Shown here: in pieces, positions 21,601 through 30,962 of the stretch | How the letters are laid out: each line of letters begins with the position of its first letter | Position numbering within the stretch: the first letter of the stretch is position 1 | Assembly (NCBI GenBank): GCA_965248265.1 | Contig: CBDFJF010000002.1 | Location: 3,808,001-3,872,000 of the forward strand | DNA length: 64,000 nucleotides | Direction of reading: 5' to 3' | Source of the DNA: Candidatus Latescibacterota bacterium | GTDB lineage: Bacteria > Latescibacterota > UBA2968 > UBA8231 | The notes under the pieces: model-generated | Told to the model about the DNA's origin: nothing | What the model saw: only the letters and a program-made list of their open reading frames with translations | Database searches by the model: none | Program-made: the position numbers and the translations under genes

Positions 21601-22858
21601 AGGCGACGCTCGCGAGGCAGCGTTCCAGATCCTCAGCCGCATCTTTGACGATCATGCACAAGCTGATGGAGTGTGGCCCGCCAGCTTGTGAGTCAACGGC
21701 GGCTTCGTGCCGATCCAACCGCGCAAGGTTATCCGCCAGCACGGTATTGTCTGGCGCCAGCGCCAGGCCGCGCTCATAGCATGCTCTCGCAGCCTGCAGC
21801 TTGCGCTGGCGGGAAAGGATACTGCCCATGTTGTTGAACGCCTGATGCGACTGCGGAAAGCGCTCGGTGACAGTCCGGTAGACCTCGAGCGCCTCGTCCA
21901 AGTGCTGCATGCGATCGAGGAGGTCGCCGTGAACGAGGTGGACGAATTCTTCCTGCAGATACTCACTCTGACGTCGGGCCGTCCCCCGCTGCAGCGCGTC
22001 TACGACGAATTCGATCGTGCTCAATCCATCTTCGAACCGACCAGCGTCTCGATAGGCGATAGCCAGTTCATAGCGAGCAAGCAGATCGTCGGGGTGCAGC
22101 CGAACCTTGCGCTCGCCAGCTTCGAGATAGCGACTGCCCTCACGTGGACCATCCACGTAACCGTAGTGGTGTACGGGAACAAGACAGTCCGCGACGCTGG
22201 CGCCCGACCTGCTCAGGGACTCCTCGACGAGCTCGTGGACGACCCCTTCGAAAAATACCTGCGGGTTCCTACGCCACAGGCGCACCTTCGTGGTTGGAAA
22301 CCAGCCGCTGGCTCGGGCTTCCTGCTCCGCATGAGACCCGGCGCGTGCCGTCCAGCCGACGCGATCCTGTTGATCTGTGTAATTGCGGGTAGAAAAGCGA
22401 TAGGCGTCCGCGACGCCGCTGTGGATCAGACGGATGATATCACTGTGATCAGATGGTGCGATCACCTCGTCACAGTCGAGGACGAGGATCCATTCCCCGC
22501 TGGCTTCCAGTAAGGTCTTGTTGCGCGCTTCTGCGAAGTCGTCGTTCCACGGAACGGCGACCGATTTGATGTCCAGTTGCCTTGCACAATCGGGGGGGCG
22601 AACGTTGGTCGAGCTGCCCGTGCGGCCGACGACGACCTCATCCACCAGGCCGACTGCGCTGGTGAGACAACGACCGAGTTGATCCTCGTCGCCGTCGCCG
22701 GCGATCATGCACAACGACAGGAGTACCGATCGATCCACAGGTTGGATACCATGTGCCGCCAGCTCCGACCTCGAGGGTTGAGCTGAATTCGGCCGGCTCC
22801 CCCGTGCCTTACGCGAGTGGGGGTTGCTTTTTCTTTGCTTCTTCTTCTTCCCAGCCAC
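18683..22858 (-). CDS. Glycosyltransferase with three tandem GT2+TPR modules (putative flagellin glycosyltransferase)
   Basis: Three copies of SLCMI...DE....TGS...W.DDF..ARN..L..A.G.WI...D.D, each followed by TPRs. Adjacent to the flagellins. The start is uncertain (GTG 22858 or 22966). Confidence 0.9.
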   Translation of the reverse strand: MAGKKKKQRKSNPHSRKARGSRPNSAQPSRSELAAHGIQPVDRSVLLSLCMIAGDGDEDQLGRCLTSAVGLVDEVVVGRTGSSTNVRPPDCARQLDIKSVAVPWNDDFAEARNKTLLEASGEWILVLDCDEVIAPSDHSDIIRLIHSGVADAYRFSTRNYTDQQDRVGWTARAGSHAEQEARASGWFPTTKVRLWRRNPQVFFEGVVHELVEESLSRSGASVADCLVPVHHYGYVDGPREGSRYLEAGERKVRLHPDDLLARYELAIAYRDAGRFEDGLSTIEFVVDALQRGTARRQSEYLQEEFVHLVHGDLLDRMQHLDEALEVYRTVTERFPQSHQAFNNMGSILSRQRKLQAARACYERGLALAPDNTVLADNLARLDRHEAAVDSQAGGPHSISLCMIVKDAAEDLERCLASVASAVDEIVVVDTGSTDSTIATARRHGARVAEVAWDDDFAAVRNESLAMATGEWILWMDADDYLLPADRDKVARVRRLKPDRALYFSLVNEGADRTSFRQIKMFPNNPEIRFERPVHETVLPAINRLGLATAVTDVEVKHTGYSDPASTRRKHEYYHGLMSAWLGSHPDDYDFRFRIGHTHYAERRFDQARAQFELILRAGEEAVQPHSVFVQAATFVGRCLLEEGKYSEAIPALESAVELDGESVLARLSLGDALTKSAQYQRALPHLQKALAGQADPHFPQDVSSIRYSAQFFIGQCHEASGRKADAVRAYQTAAALRPDRTEASAAAALLDGEASRLSLCMIVRNEEERLPQCLDSVRGLCDEIIVVDTGSSDGTVEVAKRYGATIGTFEWCDNFSLARNESLRLATGDWIMWLDADDLMPQEHHEQIRHLLSQGSDKGYFFVLDDRGYESVSCMQMRLFPNLNGVSFEMPIHEQVTPSLARLGVSTVPTDIKVVHTGYTTPEVVKEKKDRYLGIMERWLEVHPEDYLTRSHVALTYHTTGKLAEGAEQYRLIIEESTCEADHNLVVYTTALLFLGRSYLRMNELEKARDYIHRAEDVDDEYVLTKLSLAEVYTELGEPRRAVEYAEWILQREPQLTFFPIDQNELEYSALCLAGRGYQALGDFPKAEAVFIRAADMPINRRAEALGSLSEVHKAAGNRDRALQVLQSAVEIDANSAKHVFNIGMLHLEAAELTDAAAHFHRVLEIKPNYAPAILNLGYIAKQEERYEDAERLYQELIELDPGGIEARANLAHLYLDLERFEQAIEFFEKVRKLDPGLLDINLGLMLSQSAISGVDLELAQRTMASFGALSVDLRSSHATAESFIEFGAVLVREGQLKCAEMALIVAVNMVEKAGSGDIPVATGIKARRCLGEVYYARSLYWDAVRQYEAMLLADPRDGETFKRLGDCYARLGVDEAAKICYDRSVGPSLQ

Positions 22859-25800
22859 CGCATTGCTCGATAATCTGCGCAGCTCTCGCGTTTGCCGGAT
22901 CGATTTGCAGTATGCGCTCTGCGGTCTGCCGGGCGTTGGTTGCGGAGCCGTGCTTGACCTGTACATCGGTCAGTTGATGCAGCACCTCTACGTCCTCTGG
23001 CCGCAGCGTCAGGTAGTCCTCCAGTACCGTCACGGCCGCTTCCCACTGGCCAATCTGGGTATAGATGAGACTGATGTTGCATACCAGATCACGATTGGTA
23101 GGATCGACTCTCGATGCCTCTCCCAGTTCGCGCAGTGCCGCCTCGAAATCCTCACTCTCCCATTCCAGCACCGCCAGGTTGACGCGTGCCTCGACCAACT
23201 CGGGCTGCAAATCGAGAGCACGGCGAAAGTGCTCCCGCGCGGCCTCGGCGTTGCCGTCCTTGAAATGAACCAACCCGGCGTAGTTGTGTGACCATGACGA
23301 ATCCTGATCAAGGCTTACCAGGTGCTCTATGACGTCGATAGCTGCCGGCAACTCCCCCTCGTCCACGAGGCAATCCGTGAGTACGAGAAGGGCCTCTACC
23401 AGGTTTGGCTTGGCCTCTACTGACCGGCGATAGGCCAACAGTGACTCCTTCCGCTTTCCTGCCCGCCTCAATCGATCGCCCTCTTCGAGGAAACTCACGG
23501 CGAACCACTCACCATCATCTTCGGGCAGAACCGACGGCACTCCCGACTCCCCCAGATCGACATCCCAACCCTGCGTTCGCATACAGCGTGTGACATTTCC
23601 GATGACCGCCAGTCCAGCGAACGACTCATCGAATCCGCCGGTTGAGGCCAGTGCCTCGACTCTCATCAGCATCCCTCGCGAGATATCGGGGTAGTGAAAT
23701 TCGGAGCCCGTTACCACATGACCGGCCGAGGAGATCATTCCCATTTTCGGGTTGGCCGACAACCGAGAAGCCAGCTGACCCATCTCCTCCGCCGTGGGCG
23801 CCTGCGTGCCAACGATGGCGAGGAATTCGCGGTTCTGAGAACTGTTGCGAACCAACTCCAGTTGAGAACCCAGCGGATACTGGGTTCCGACCGTCAGTTC
23901 GAAGGCATCGACCGGGTCAGGCAGGTGGGTTAAGCGACTATGGTCTGAGCCACCGGCATCCCCAATCTTTAGAAACACCGTGGCGGTGCCTTCCCGGTGG
24001 CGGTCAGATGACTTCTGGACTGATGGCTCGGCCTCCCCGTGATCGTCTGACGGAAGTGATCCCTGCAACGGTTCCCGGTCATAAACGGCGGCTTCACCTG
24101 AAGCCTCGCCACCCCCCCCACCGAAATCGGCGAACAGCTGCTTCCCACCGGAGACACTGATCTCGCGCTGTTCCGGCATAGGTGCGAGCACTTCGGGTGA
24201 GCGAGGATGCGAACGATTTCCGGCTGTCCGGTTTGTCAGTACTTCGAGCGCCCGCGCCCCGGACTGCGCCCAGGTAAACCGACTGTGGATATGCTCGCTG
24301 GCTTTGGCCCCTCGGGCTGCTGCCTCGTTAGCGTTCTCGAAGACCGTCCTCATGTTTTGCTTCAGCACTTCGATATTGGGTTCGAGTAACCAGGCTTCGC
24401 CGGCCGTCTGCTCCTCAAAGTGGATCGACTTGCGCTGCGCCGGAATACCATAGACCAGTTCGGGCGGACAAAAATCATCGGTCGCACCACCAGCCGTGAC
24501 GATTACGGGCAAACCGCAGGCCATGGCCTCAGCCACAGGTAGCCCGAAACCCTCACCTCTGTAAGGGTGCACCAATGCGTCGGCGGCGGTGTAAAGCCCA
24601 GGAATTTCGATGCCTCGCAGATTGTCGCTTCGATAAACGATGTCGGCGCAATCGGGATCGGCTTGCAGTTGCTCGATCCGCTCCCTCGCATTTTGGTTGC
24701 GGTAGAAGGAATTAGCACCCATGTCCTTGATCACCAGGCACACATCCTCGGCTGGATCGAAGGCCTCGTAGTACGCCCGTAGCAGCAGGTCGATTCCCTT
24801 GCGGTACAGGGTCCCTCCAACGAACAGAAACTTGAAGCGCTTGTCCGTGTCGTAGGCGAATGGCTCAGCGTCATGGCGAAAACGAGCGGGGTCGACACCC
24901 AAAGGCACGATGGATACCATATCGGGATCGATACCGCTGTCGACGTAGCATTGTTTTACGCTGGAAGTGTACGCCCAGACTTCGTCCACGCTGCCGAGGA
25001 GCGGCTCCATCCAGCTTGCGGGCAAACGACCGAATTCCCACGGCTGCATGAGGATGAACCTGGATTCGTCGTGGGGACGCGAAAAATCAGGTGGCCAGCG
25101 ATGTTTTATATGGAAGTCGGCTTTGGGATAGGGTCGATCCATGCGCTGAGCCAATGGCCAGAAACGGGCGTCCTCTTCAACGCCAAACTCATCTGGTTCG
25201 AAGGATTGTAGCCCCAGGTCGCACCGCTCACTGGCCAATAGAGCCAATGTCATTTCGCGATTGACGTAGGCCAGGCTCGAGTGCAGCATAAACGAGCCTT
25301 CCCAGTTGATGGTCACTTGCTCCGAGACCACAGATTGTTCAGTAACCGAAACCTGTCGGGGTTCAGATGGCGAACTCTGGTCCCTTCCCAACCGTGGGAC
25401 AAACTGCCCCTGCGCATCAAAACGGTTCCCCCAGCGCTCGTGGAACAGGCCGAGATTCGCGGCAACATTCTCAAAGCGGCCCTCGGAAGCACCCTCGTGA
25501 TGTTCAACCACACTGTCCGGACAGTAGACAACCCGGTAACCTAGATCCCGCGCCCGCAAACACAGATCGACATCCTCTACTCCGTTGATGAAATCATCGT
25601 CGAATCCGCCGAGTTGCTCGAACAACGCCTTCCTGATCAGCAGGCAAGCCCCGGTGACCATGTCATAGTCGCACACTTCACTGACCCGCGGGTCATCTTC
25701 GTCGACACCCCGGTTCACGTGGTCGGGCACACCTTCTACCATGGCGATTCCGGCATGTTGAATCTTGCCAGAATCAGGGTAAACCAGCTTGGCGCCGACC

Positions 25801-26177
25801 ACGCCGATTTCCGTAGAGCTATCAGCCACTTGCACCAACGCTCCTAACCATCCTGGCCGGGGCACCGTGTCGTTGTTCAGGAACACCAAGTATTCGCCTC
25901 CCCCACCACCAGCTGCTCCGCCCTTGTTGCAGGCACGCGCGAAGCCCTCGTTCTGGTCGTTGTTGAGAACTTGAACATCCCCTTCCATGGCATGGAGAAG
26001 GTACATGGTCCAGTCGGTGGAGCCGTTGTCGACGACGACGACACCGTAGTCGGGGTCGTCACCCGTATTCTCGGCGATGGCGAAAAGACATTTCTCAGTC
26101 ATTTCCGCTTGATTGAACACGGGAACCACGATGGTGACCCTGGGCTTGCGGCTTCCTGCGCGTTGATCGCCACTCAT
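22809..26177 (-). CDS. Multidomain glycosyltransferase: GT2 + GT4 + degenerate GT2 + TPR
   Basis: GT2: VDNGSTD, FLNNDT, GACLL, EDVDLC. GT4: RKGID, PYRGEGFGLPVAEAMACG. Also a remnant ALASTGGFDESF and C-terminal TPRs. The start is ATG 26177 or GTG 26285. Confidence 0.9.
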   Translation of the reverse strand: MSGDQRAGSRKPRVTIVVPVFNQAEMTEKCLFAIAENTGDDPDYGVVVVDNGSTDWTMYLLHAMEGDVQVLNNDQNEGFARACNKGGAAGGGGGEYLVFLNNDTVPRPGWLGALVQVADSSTEIGVVGAKLVYPDSGKIQHAGIAMVEGVPDHVNRGVDEDDPRVSEVCDYDMVTGACLLIRKALFEQLGGFDDDFINGVEDVDLCLRARDLGYRVVYCPDSVVEHHEGASEGRFENVAANLGLFHERWGNRFDAQGQFVPRLGRDQSSPSEPRQVSVTEQSVVSEQVTINWEGSFMLHSSLAYVNREMTLALLASERCDLGLQSFEPDEFGVEEDARFWPLAQRMDRPYPKADFHIKHRWPPDFSRPHDESRFILMQPWEFGRLPASWMEPLLGSVDEVWAYTSSVKQCYVDSGIDPDMVSIVPLGVDPARFRHDAEPFAYDTDKRFKFLFVGGTLYRKGIDLLLRAYYEAFDPAEDVCLVIKDMGANSFYRNQNARERIEQLQADPDCADIVYRSDNLRGIEIPGLYTAADALVHPYRGEGFGLPVAEAMACGLPVIVTAGGATDDFCPPELVYGIPAQRKSIHFEEQTAGEAWLLEPNIEVLKQNMRTVFENANEAAARGAKASEHIHSRFTWAQSGARALEVLTNRTAGNRSHPRSPEVLAPMPEQREISVSGGKQLFADFGGGGGEASGEAAVYDREPLQGSLPSDDHGEAEPSVQKSSDRHREGTATVFLKIGDAGGSDHSRLTHLPDPVDAFELTVGTQYPLGSQLELVRNSSQNREFLAIVGTQAPTAEEMGQLASRLSANPKMGMISSAGHVVTGSEFHYPDISRGMLMRVEALASTGGFDESFAGLAVIGNVTRCMRTQGWDVDLGESGVPSVLPEDDGEWFAVSFLEEGDRLRRAGKRKESLLAYRRSVEAKPNLVEALLVLTDCLVDEGELPAAIDVIEHLVSLDQDSSWSHNYAGLVHFKDGNAEAAREHFRRALDLQPELVEARVNLAVLEWESEDFEAALRELGEASRVDPTNRDLVCNISLIYTQIGQWEAAVTVLEDYLTLRPEDVEVLHQLTDVQVKHGSATNARQTAERILQIDPANARAAQIIEQCGGWEEEEAKKKQPPLA

Positions 26178-26289
26178 GGCCGTGCGACGACCGACCCGCG
26201 CGCCGGCATTGCAGGCCGACTCCACGGCTGACTGGATGCTGGGAAACTCGCGTCCCTGATCTTTTTCCTCAGTACTCCTGCTCACGCGT

Positions 26290-26319
26290 ATTCTACCCTT
26301 TGAGTAAGGCGGATTACAA
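26290..26319 (-). promoter_or_regulatory. Putative sigma70 promoter for the GT genes
   Basis: Minus strand TTGTAA-N18-TAGAAT. Confidence 0.45.
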
Positions 26320-26505
26320 CGATGCTCTCAGGTGGAACGTTTACCTGCGATCTCGATTCTGAATCGAGGTCAACGGCTCGGGATCGATGTCGACAAAGCG
26401 AGAACTGCGGGGTGAAAACTGCGGGGTTGTTGCGAGCTCTGGGGTCGTGGGTACCGCAACCCGTAGAGCTGAATGTGTCCGCCGATCAGAGACGCTTGGA
26501 CCGGT

Positions 26506-26739
26506 TTACTTCCCGGCCTTATAAGCTTGGCTGAGGACCTTCAGCTCTTCCTCGCCTGCCATGGCGGCCTGCTGATTCTCTTCCTTGATACGCTCGTACA
26601 CTTCTCCGCGATGCACCGGAATCTCAGGTGGGGCATCGATGCCAAGCCGAATCTGACGACCTTGCATCTCCAGGACCGTTATGCGGACCTGGCTTCCGAT
26701 GACGATGCTTTCTCCTGCCTTACGCGTCAACACCAGCAT
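26506..26739 (-). CDS. csrA: Carbon storage regulator CsrA
   Basis: MLVLTRKAGESIVIG...RLGIDAPPEIPVHRGEVYERIKEEN; FliW-type C-terminal extension. Confidence 0.98.
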   Translation of the reverse strand: MLVLTRKAGESIVIGSQVRITVLEMQGRQIRLGIDAPPEIPVHRGEVYERIKEENQQAAMAGEEELKVLSQAYKAGK

Positions 26740-26881
26740 GTCGATCTTCCCTGATTATGTGCGCTCCGCATGGTACCGCGAAGCGCCGATTTTATTGAGC
26801 GTGAATAATCCTTGGTTTCTTACTTACCATCCACGCTGTGCGCCTGAAACTGCGCGCCCACCCGCCACCGTGTCCACGGCA

Positions 26882-27349
26882 CTAGGTGGATTGAGCCTGC
26901 TCTTTCTGAGCTGCCAATAATGAGTGTTTCGTGTTGTAGCGGTCATCGACGAGAATCATCTGCCTGGCCGTCATGGTTTTGGTATTGATCGCGATCGGGC
27001 CCTTCAGGTTTGCCGTTACCTTCTCCGCCGCCTGGCTCAACGTCACGATGCAATGAATTTCCAAATCGTCAGCCGTCTCGATGTCCAGCCCTTCCAGATC
27101 CTCGTGGCCGATTTGTGGATTATAGTCTGCCCAGATCAACATTGGATTGAGGATAACAAAACCAACTGCCGGTTCATCGATCGACAGCAGGCGCAGAAAC
27201 GGAGCCTCCTCTTCGACCGATACGAGTCCGAACTGTTTGCAACGCTCAAACCCGGGTACACCATCCGGAAAGGTCAAAATACTGCTGGCTTCGACCGTCA
27301 CCTCACCGAACTTGGCGTTCGCGAAAGTGACTTTGTCGGATTCACTCAT
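26882..27349 (-). CDS. fliW: Flagellar assembly factor FliW
   Basis: KFGEV, FPDGVPGFE, TANLKGPIAIN, ARQMIL, Y.TKH; lies between flgL and csrA. Confidence 0.95.
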   Translation of the reverse strand: MSESDKVTFANAKFGEVTVEASSILTFPDGVPGFERCKQFGLVSVEEEAPFLRLLSIDEPAVGFVILNPMLIWADYNPQIGHEDLEGLDIETADDLEIHCIVTLSQAAEKVTANLKGPIAINTKTMTARQMILVDDRYNTKHSLLAAQKEQAQST

Positions 27350-27458
27350 AGAGCCATCCCCTGTTCGCCCTGAAACGGGCACTGCGGTGGTCATGGATAC
27401 TAATACTACGTTCCGGGGAGTGTACGCCTTTGAGAGTGTTCGGCATGGCGGGGAGCGC

Positions 27459-28364
27459 CTAACCGATGAAATCCATCAAGGATTGCGGAATCACCGCACT
27501 GCCAGAAGCCAGCGCCGACTGAAACACATCCTGTTCCTGCTGCAAACTGACGATCGTCGAAGTGAGATCGACGTCTTCGTCTTCGGAAAGGACTCTGGTC
27601 ATTTCTACACCGATCCGATCGAGAACGTTTCTCGTCAATTCCATGCGGTTGACCCGCGCCCCGATGACACCACGCACGGAAGAAACCCTCTCTCGCATAT
27701 CACCAATCTGGGTGAGAGAGTCTCTGACGCTTTCGACCTCATTCTTCAGCAAGGCGTCGCGCAACTCGATCAACACGTCGAAGCTGTTCAGCGGCCCTTC
27801 GAACACGTCGCCGCCAGAAATATTAACCTGCGTCACTATACCATCGCTGATTTCGCGCTCGATGGTTCCTGCCGTCGAACCGCGATTGTCGATGCTGAGA
27901 ATGCGCCCGTCTTGATCACGGGTGGCAACGTATGGCGTTTCAGCAGTTTCCGTTCCCGCGAAGATAAAGCGTCCACGGTAGCGGGCCTCGCTCAAGCTTA
28001 TGGCGTGCTCGAGAAACTGATCGATCTGATCACCAACCGCTCTTCTCTGCTGTGAGTCATAGGTATCGCTGGCGCCCTGCACGGCCAAACCACGGGCCTC
28101 TACGAAGAGCGATTCCAATTCGTTCAGCGTCGCCTCCGAGAGTTCCAACCAACCGGAGCCGTCATCGATGTTTTTCTGAAACTGCTCCATGTTGCGCAAC
28201 TCCGATCTCAGAGCCAACGAACGCTCGGTGGCTGCAGGATCGTCGGAAATCGTGTTCAATCGAGTCCCGGACGATAACTCCTGCTGAAAACGGACGATGC
28301 GGCTGAACGATCTATCCAGGTTCTGAACGAGCGTATTGACGGCCATGCCCGTAGTGACTCGCAT
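27459..28364 (-). CDS. flgL: Hook-associated protein FlgL
   Basis: MRVT, QELSSG..SDDP, GRFIFAGT, IGARVNR, SLMDFIG. Confidence 0.95.
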   Translation of the reverse strand: MRVTTGMAVNTLVQNLDRSFSRIVRFQQELSSGTRLNTISDDPAATERSLALRSELRNMEQFQKNIDDGSGWLELSEATLNELESLFVEARGLAVQGASDTYDSQQRRAVGDQIDQFLEHAISLSEARYRGRFIFAGTETAETPYVATRDQDGRILSIDNRGSTAGTIEREISDGIVTQVNISGGDVFEGPLNSFDVLIELRDALLKNEVESVRDSLTQIGDMRERVSSVRGVIGARVNRMELTRNVLDRIGVEMTRVLSEDEDVDLTSTIVSLQQEQDVFQSALASGSAVIPQSLMDFIG

Positions 28365-28462
28365 CCGCTCACACGCTCCTTTCGGGCCAAATATAACTGG
28401 AGGCTAATTTTCTGTCCATCATTAATCCAGACTTGAGGTTACGTCGATTTCAGGATCGCCTT

Positions 28463-28485
28463 AAGAGCGCTCGGAGAGCGCTCTT
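28463..28485. repeat. Perfect hairpin between flgK and flgL
   Basis: aagagcgctc-gga-gagcgctctt. Confidence 0.6.
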
Positions 28486-28501
28486 CCTGCTCCCCGACTC
28501 C

Positions 28502-29926
28502 TCAAAGGTTGATTGTCGTCTCCAACAGATCATCGATTATGGACACCGTACGCGCCGCCGCCTGGTAGGCTCGTTGAAACAAAATCAGCTGCGCGGCTTC
28601 ATCATTTAAGGAAACGCCCTGCACGCTCTGACGACGGTTCTCTATCTGTGTTGTGAAAAGGCGGTGATTGTCAGCCATGGTCTGAGCTTCCTTGCTTCGA
28701 GCTCCAACTTCTCCGAGCAACGTCGCGAAGAAGGCCTCGATGGTCTGGCTGCCATCGCCCAGCATTTGTTGATTGCGCAACCCGGCAATCGCCAGAGCCG
28801 TGCCGTTGTCTCCGCTGGCTCCATCCGCGGATGCGGCAATGTTGTTGAGATCATCGCGTATGGCCTGTGCCAGATCGATGCTGCTGGCGCTGGTCTTTGT
28901 GCTGTCAAAGAAATCGATGTTCGTGCTTCCGACAGCACCGGTGCCTGCCCGATGGGAGCGGTTTACTGCCTCCACCAGGGCGCTGGCGATCTCGTCCAGA
29001 CGACCCAGAAAGGCCGGGATGGTATTGTCGCGTACTTCAGTGATTCCGCGCAGTTTACCTTCCTGGATCTGGGCCAGGCTGCCGTCGTCCTCGAAGAAGA
29101 TGGTTGCTGTCGGGATTCCGTTCTGACTCAGCGGCCTCACGGCCAAATGGCTCACTTCGCTGGCCTGTACCAGGTTGTGACCGCTCAACAGCACCGAGAT
29201 CTGACCATTGGTCTGCTCGATGACGTTGATATCAACCCTGGATGCCAGGTCTTCGACAACCCGATCACGCCGGTCCAGCAGATCACCCTCGGTCCCTCCG
29301 TTGAACTGAGACTTCGGAATTTCGCCATTGAGGGCCGCCAGTTGATCCAACAATGCGTTGATCTCCTCCACTTCTCGAGTCACCTCATCGTCCAGGCCAA
29401 TTCGCGTGTCCCCGAGCTGACTGCTCAACTGGCGCAATGTGGTGACCAGGAAATCCCCTTCCTGCCGCACCGCCGCGCGGGCGGCGCCGCTTTCGGGGAC
29501 GTTGGCCACGTCCTGCCATGCATTCCAGAAACGACTCAGTGAGCCGCTCAAACCGAGTCCCGAGGGCTCGTTGAAGATGGTACCGGCTTCACTGGATCCG
29601 GCTCCCGCGGGTTCATTGAAAATCCCTTCTATGCCCGTAAGTGCCTCCTCCAATGCCTGCCAACGCCCCAACACCTGCGCCTCTACGCGAAACTGCGAAT
29701 CGAGGAAGTGACTTCGCTGGCGTGTGACCTCTACTGCGTCAGCGCCACTGCCGACGCCGCCCGGGATACCGGATTCGGCGTTCTCGATTTCGAGACGACG
29801 TCGCGAAAACCCGGGCGTGTTGGCGTTGGCAATGTTGTGGCTGGTGACCTGGAGTCCGGCCTGCTGCGCCTGCAGCGCCCTGCGGCCGATCTCGATCCCG
29901 TTCAGTGATGAGTTTACGAGTGCCAT
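28502..29926 (-). CDS. flgK: Hook-associated protein FlgK
   Basis: HNIANANTPGFSRR, DLLDRRD, GVSLNDEAAQLILFQRAYQAAAR. Confidence 0.96.
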   Translation of the reverse strand: MALVNSSLNGIEIGRRALQAQQAGLQVTSHNIANANTPGFSRRRLEIENAESGIPGGVGSGADAVEVTRQRSHFLDSQFRVEAQVLGRWQALEEALTGIEGIFNEPAGAGSSEAGTIFNEPSGLGLSGSLSRFWNAWQDVANVPESGAARAAVRQEGDFLVTTLRQLSSQLGDTRIGLDDEVTREVEEINALLDQLAALNGEIPKSQFNGGTEGDLLDRRDRVVEDLASRVDINVIEQTNGQISVLLSGHNLVQASEVSHLAVRPLSQNGIPTATIFFEDDGSLAQIQEGKLRGITEVRDNTIPAFLGRLDEIASALVEAVNRSHRAGTGAVGSTNIDFFDSTKTSASSIDLAQAIRDDLNNIAASADGASGDNGTALAIAGLRNQQMLGDGSQTIEAFFATLLGEVGARSKEAQTMADNHRLFTTQIENRRQSVQGVSLNDEAAQLILFQRAYQAAARTVSIIDDLLETTINL

Positions 29927-29930
29927 GGTA

Positions 29931-30440
29931 TCAGGCCGTTCGATTCACGACGGATCGGGGGATCCCCTCACCCTTCTTGTTTTTGCCGAATTTCCCGTAC
30001 ATCCGGCGCTGCTCCGACTGCCCGGTCAGGATATCAAGGCAGCGATCGGTGTAGCGCATGGACTGACGAATCAGGAACGCGTTGTTCTCGTTCGTATCCC
30101 TGATCTTGCCGTTCAGGTCCAGCATCACCTCCCGCATTCGGGCAAGCTCTTCGCCCTCCTCGCCGCCATCCAACGCGTCGATGAGACAAGCGAGATCGGC
30201 CTTTTGGGGAGAGACGTTGAGAGCGCCTGAAAGCTCGCTCACCAGGGCCGTGCGGCGCGGTTCCAACTCTCGCCCGGCCATAACTGCGGCTTGCTTTCTT
30301 GCCGAGGCAGCCTCTATTGCTTCCAGATCATCGGCGACGAGGGCTCCCTGTTCCTGCTGCAGGGTCTCCAACAGATCGTTGAAGATTCTGACTTCGTCGT
30401 TGATGACTTCAATAAGTTTTACTATCAGTGCAGTGCTCAT
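29931..30440 (-). CDS. flgN: Export chaperone FlgN
   Basis: LQQEQGALV..D, NENNAFLIRQSM, MYGKFG; lies between flgJ and flgK. Confidence 0.88.
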   Translation of the reverse strand: MSTALIVKLIEVINDEVRIFNDLLETLQQEQGALVADDLEAIEAASARKQAAVMAGRELEPRRTALVSELSGALNVSPQKADLACLIDALDGGEEGEELARMREVMLDLNGKIRDTNENNAFLIRQSMRYTDRCLDILTGQSEQRRMYGKFGKNKKGEGIPRSVVNRTA

Positions 30441-30476
30441 GGTCTATTTCAGGTGGTTGTGGCTCAACTGACCGGG

Positions 30477-30962
30477 TCAGCGAGCATCCTTTAGTACAGT
30501 GCCAGGTGCAATTTGTAATCCACTGGATTGGAGGCTCCTCAACAGAGACGCCCCGTCTGCGAACTCCCCGCCCCCGGGAACCGAAGCTTCTTCCTCCAGG
30601 CCCATCTGCCGGCTCAGCTGGCGGTAGAGGATTTCGCTGAGCCCTCCGGGTCCGTTGGTGCCAGCCAGTTTCTTGCTCCACTCTTCGTCGAGCATGCCCT
30701 CGAATATCTGTTCACCATTGCTCTTGGGCATCATGGTGTTCTCGCCGATCGTCTGGCGCATCGCGGAGATCATCTGGTAGACGAAAATAGCCTCGAACTC
30801 CTTGCTGGCCGCCCGCAATCCTTCACGCATGGCCTCCTTCGACTGACCCGCTTTCATATCCAACCGTCCGTGCAGACGGGTGAGGTCCGCGGAGCCACGG
30901 TCGGCGCCCTTCATCAGCAGCGACTGATCTGCGATTGAGGAACTCATGGAGGGGAAGTTCAT
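30477..30962 (-). CDS. flgJ: FlgJ rod-binding domain protein (no muramidase domain)
   Basis: LRAASKEFEAIFVYQMISAMRQT, FEGMLDEE, GLSEILYRQL. Confidence 0.88.
   Translation of the reverse strand: MNFPSMSSSIADQSLLMKGADRGSADLTRLHGRLDMKAGQSKEAMREGLRAASKEFEAIFVYQMISAMRQTIGENTMMPKSNGEQIFEGMLDEEWSKKLAGTNGPGGLSEILYRQLSRQMGLEEEASVPGGGEFADGASLLRSLQSSGLQIAPGTVLKDAR

Noticed and set aside
26403-26427. Direct repeat aactgcggggt twice, upstream of the GT genes
   Set aside because: Only two short copies with no supporting context.
30477-30962. FlgJ without a muramidase domain
   Set aside because: Single-domain FlgJ is common outside beta- and gamma-proteobacteria.
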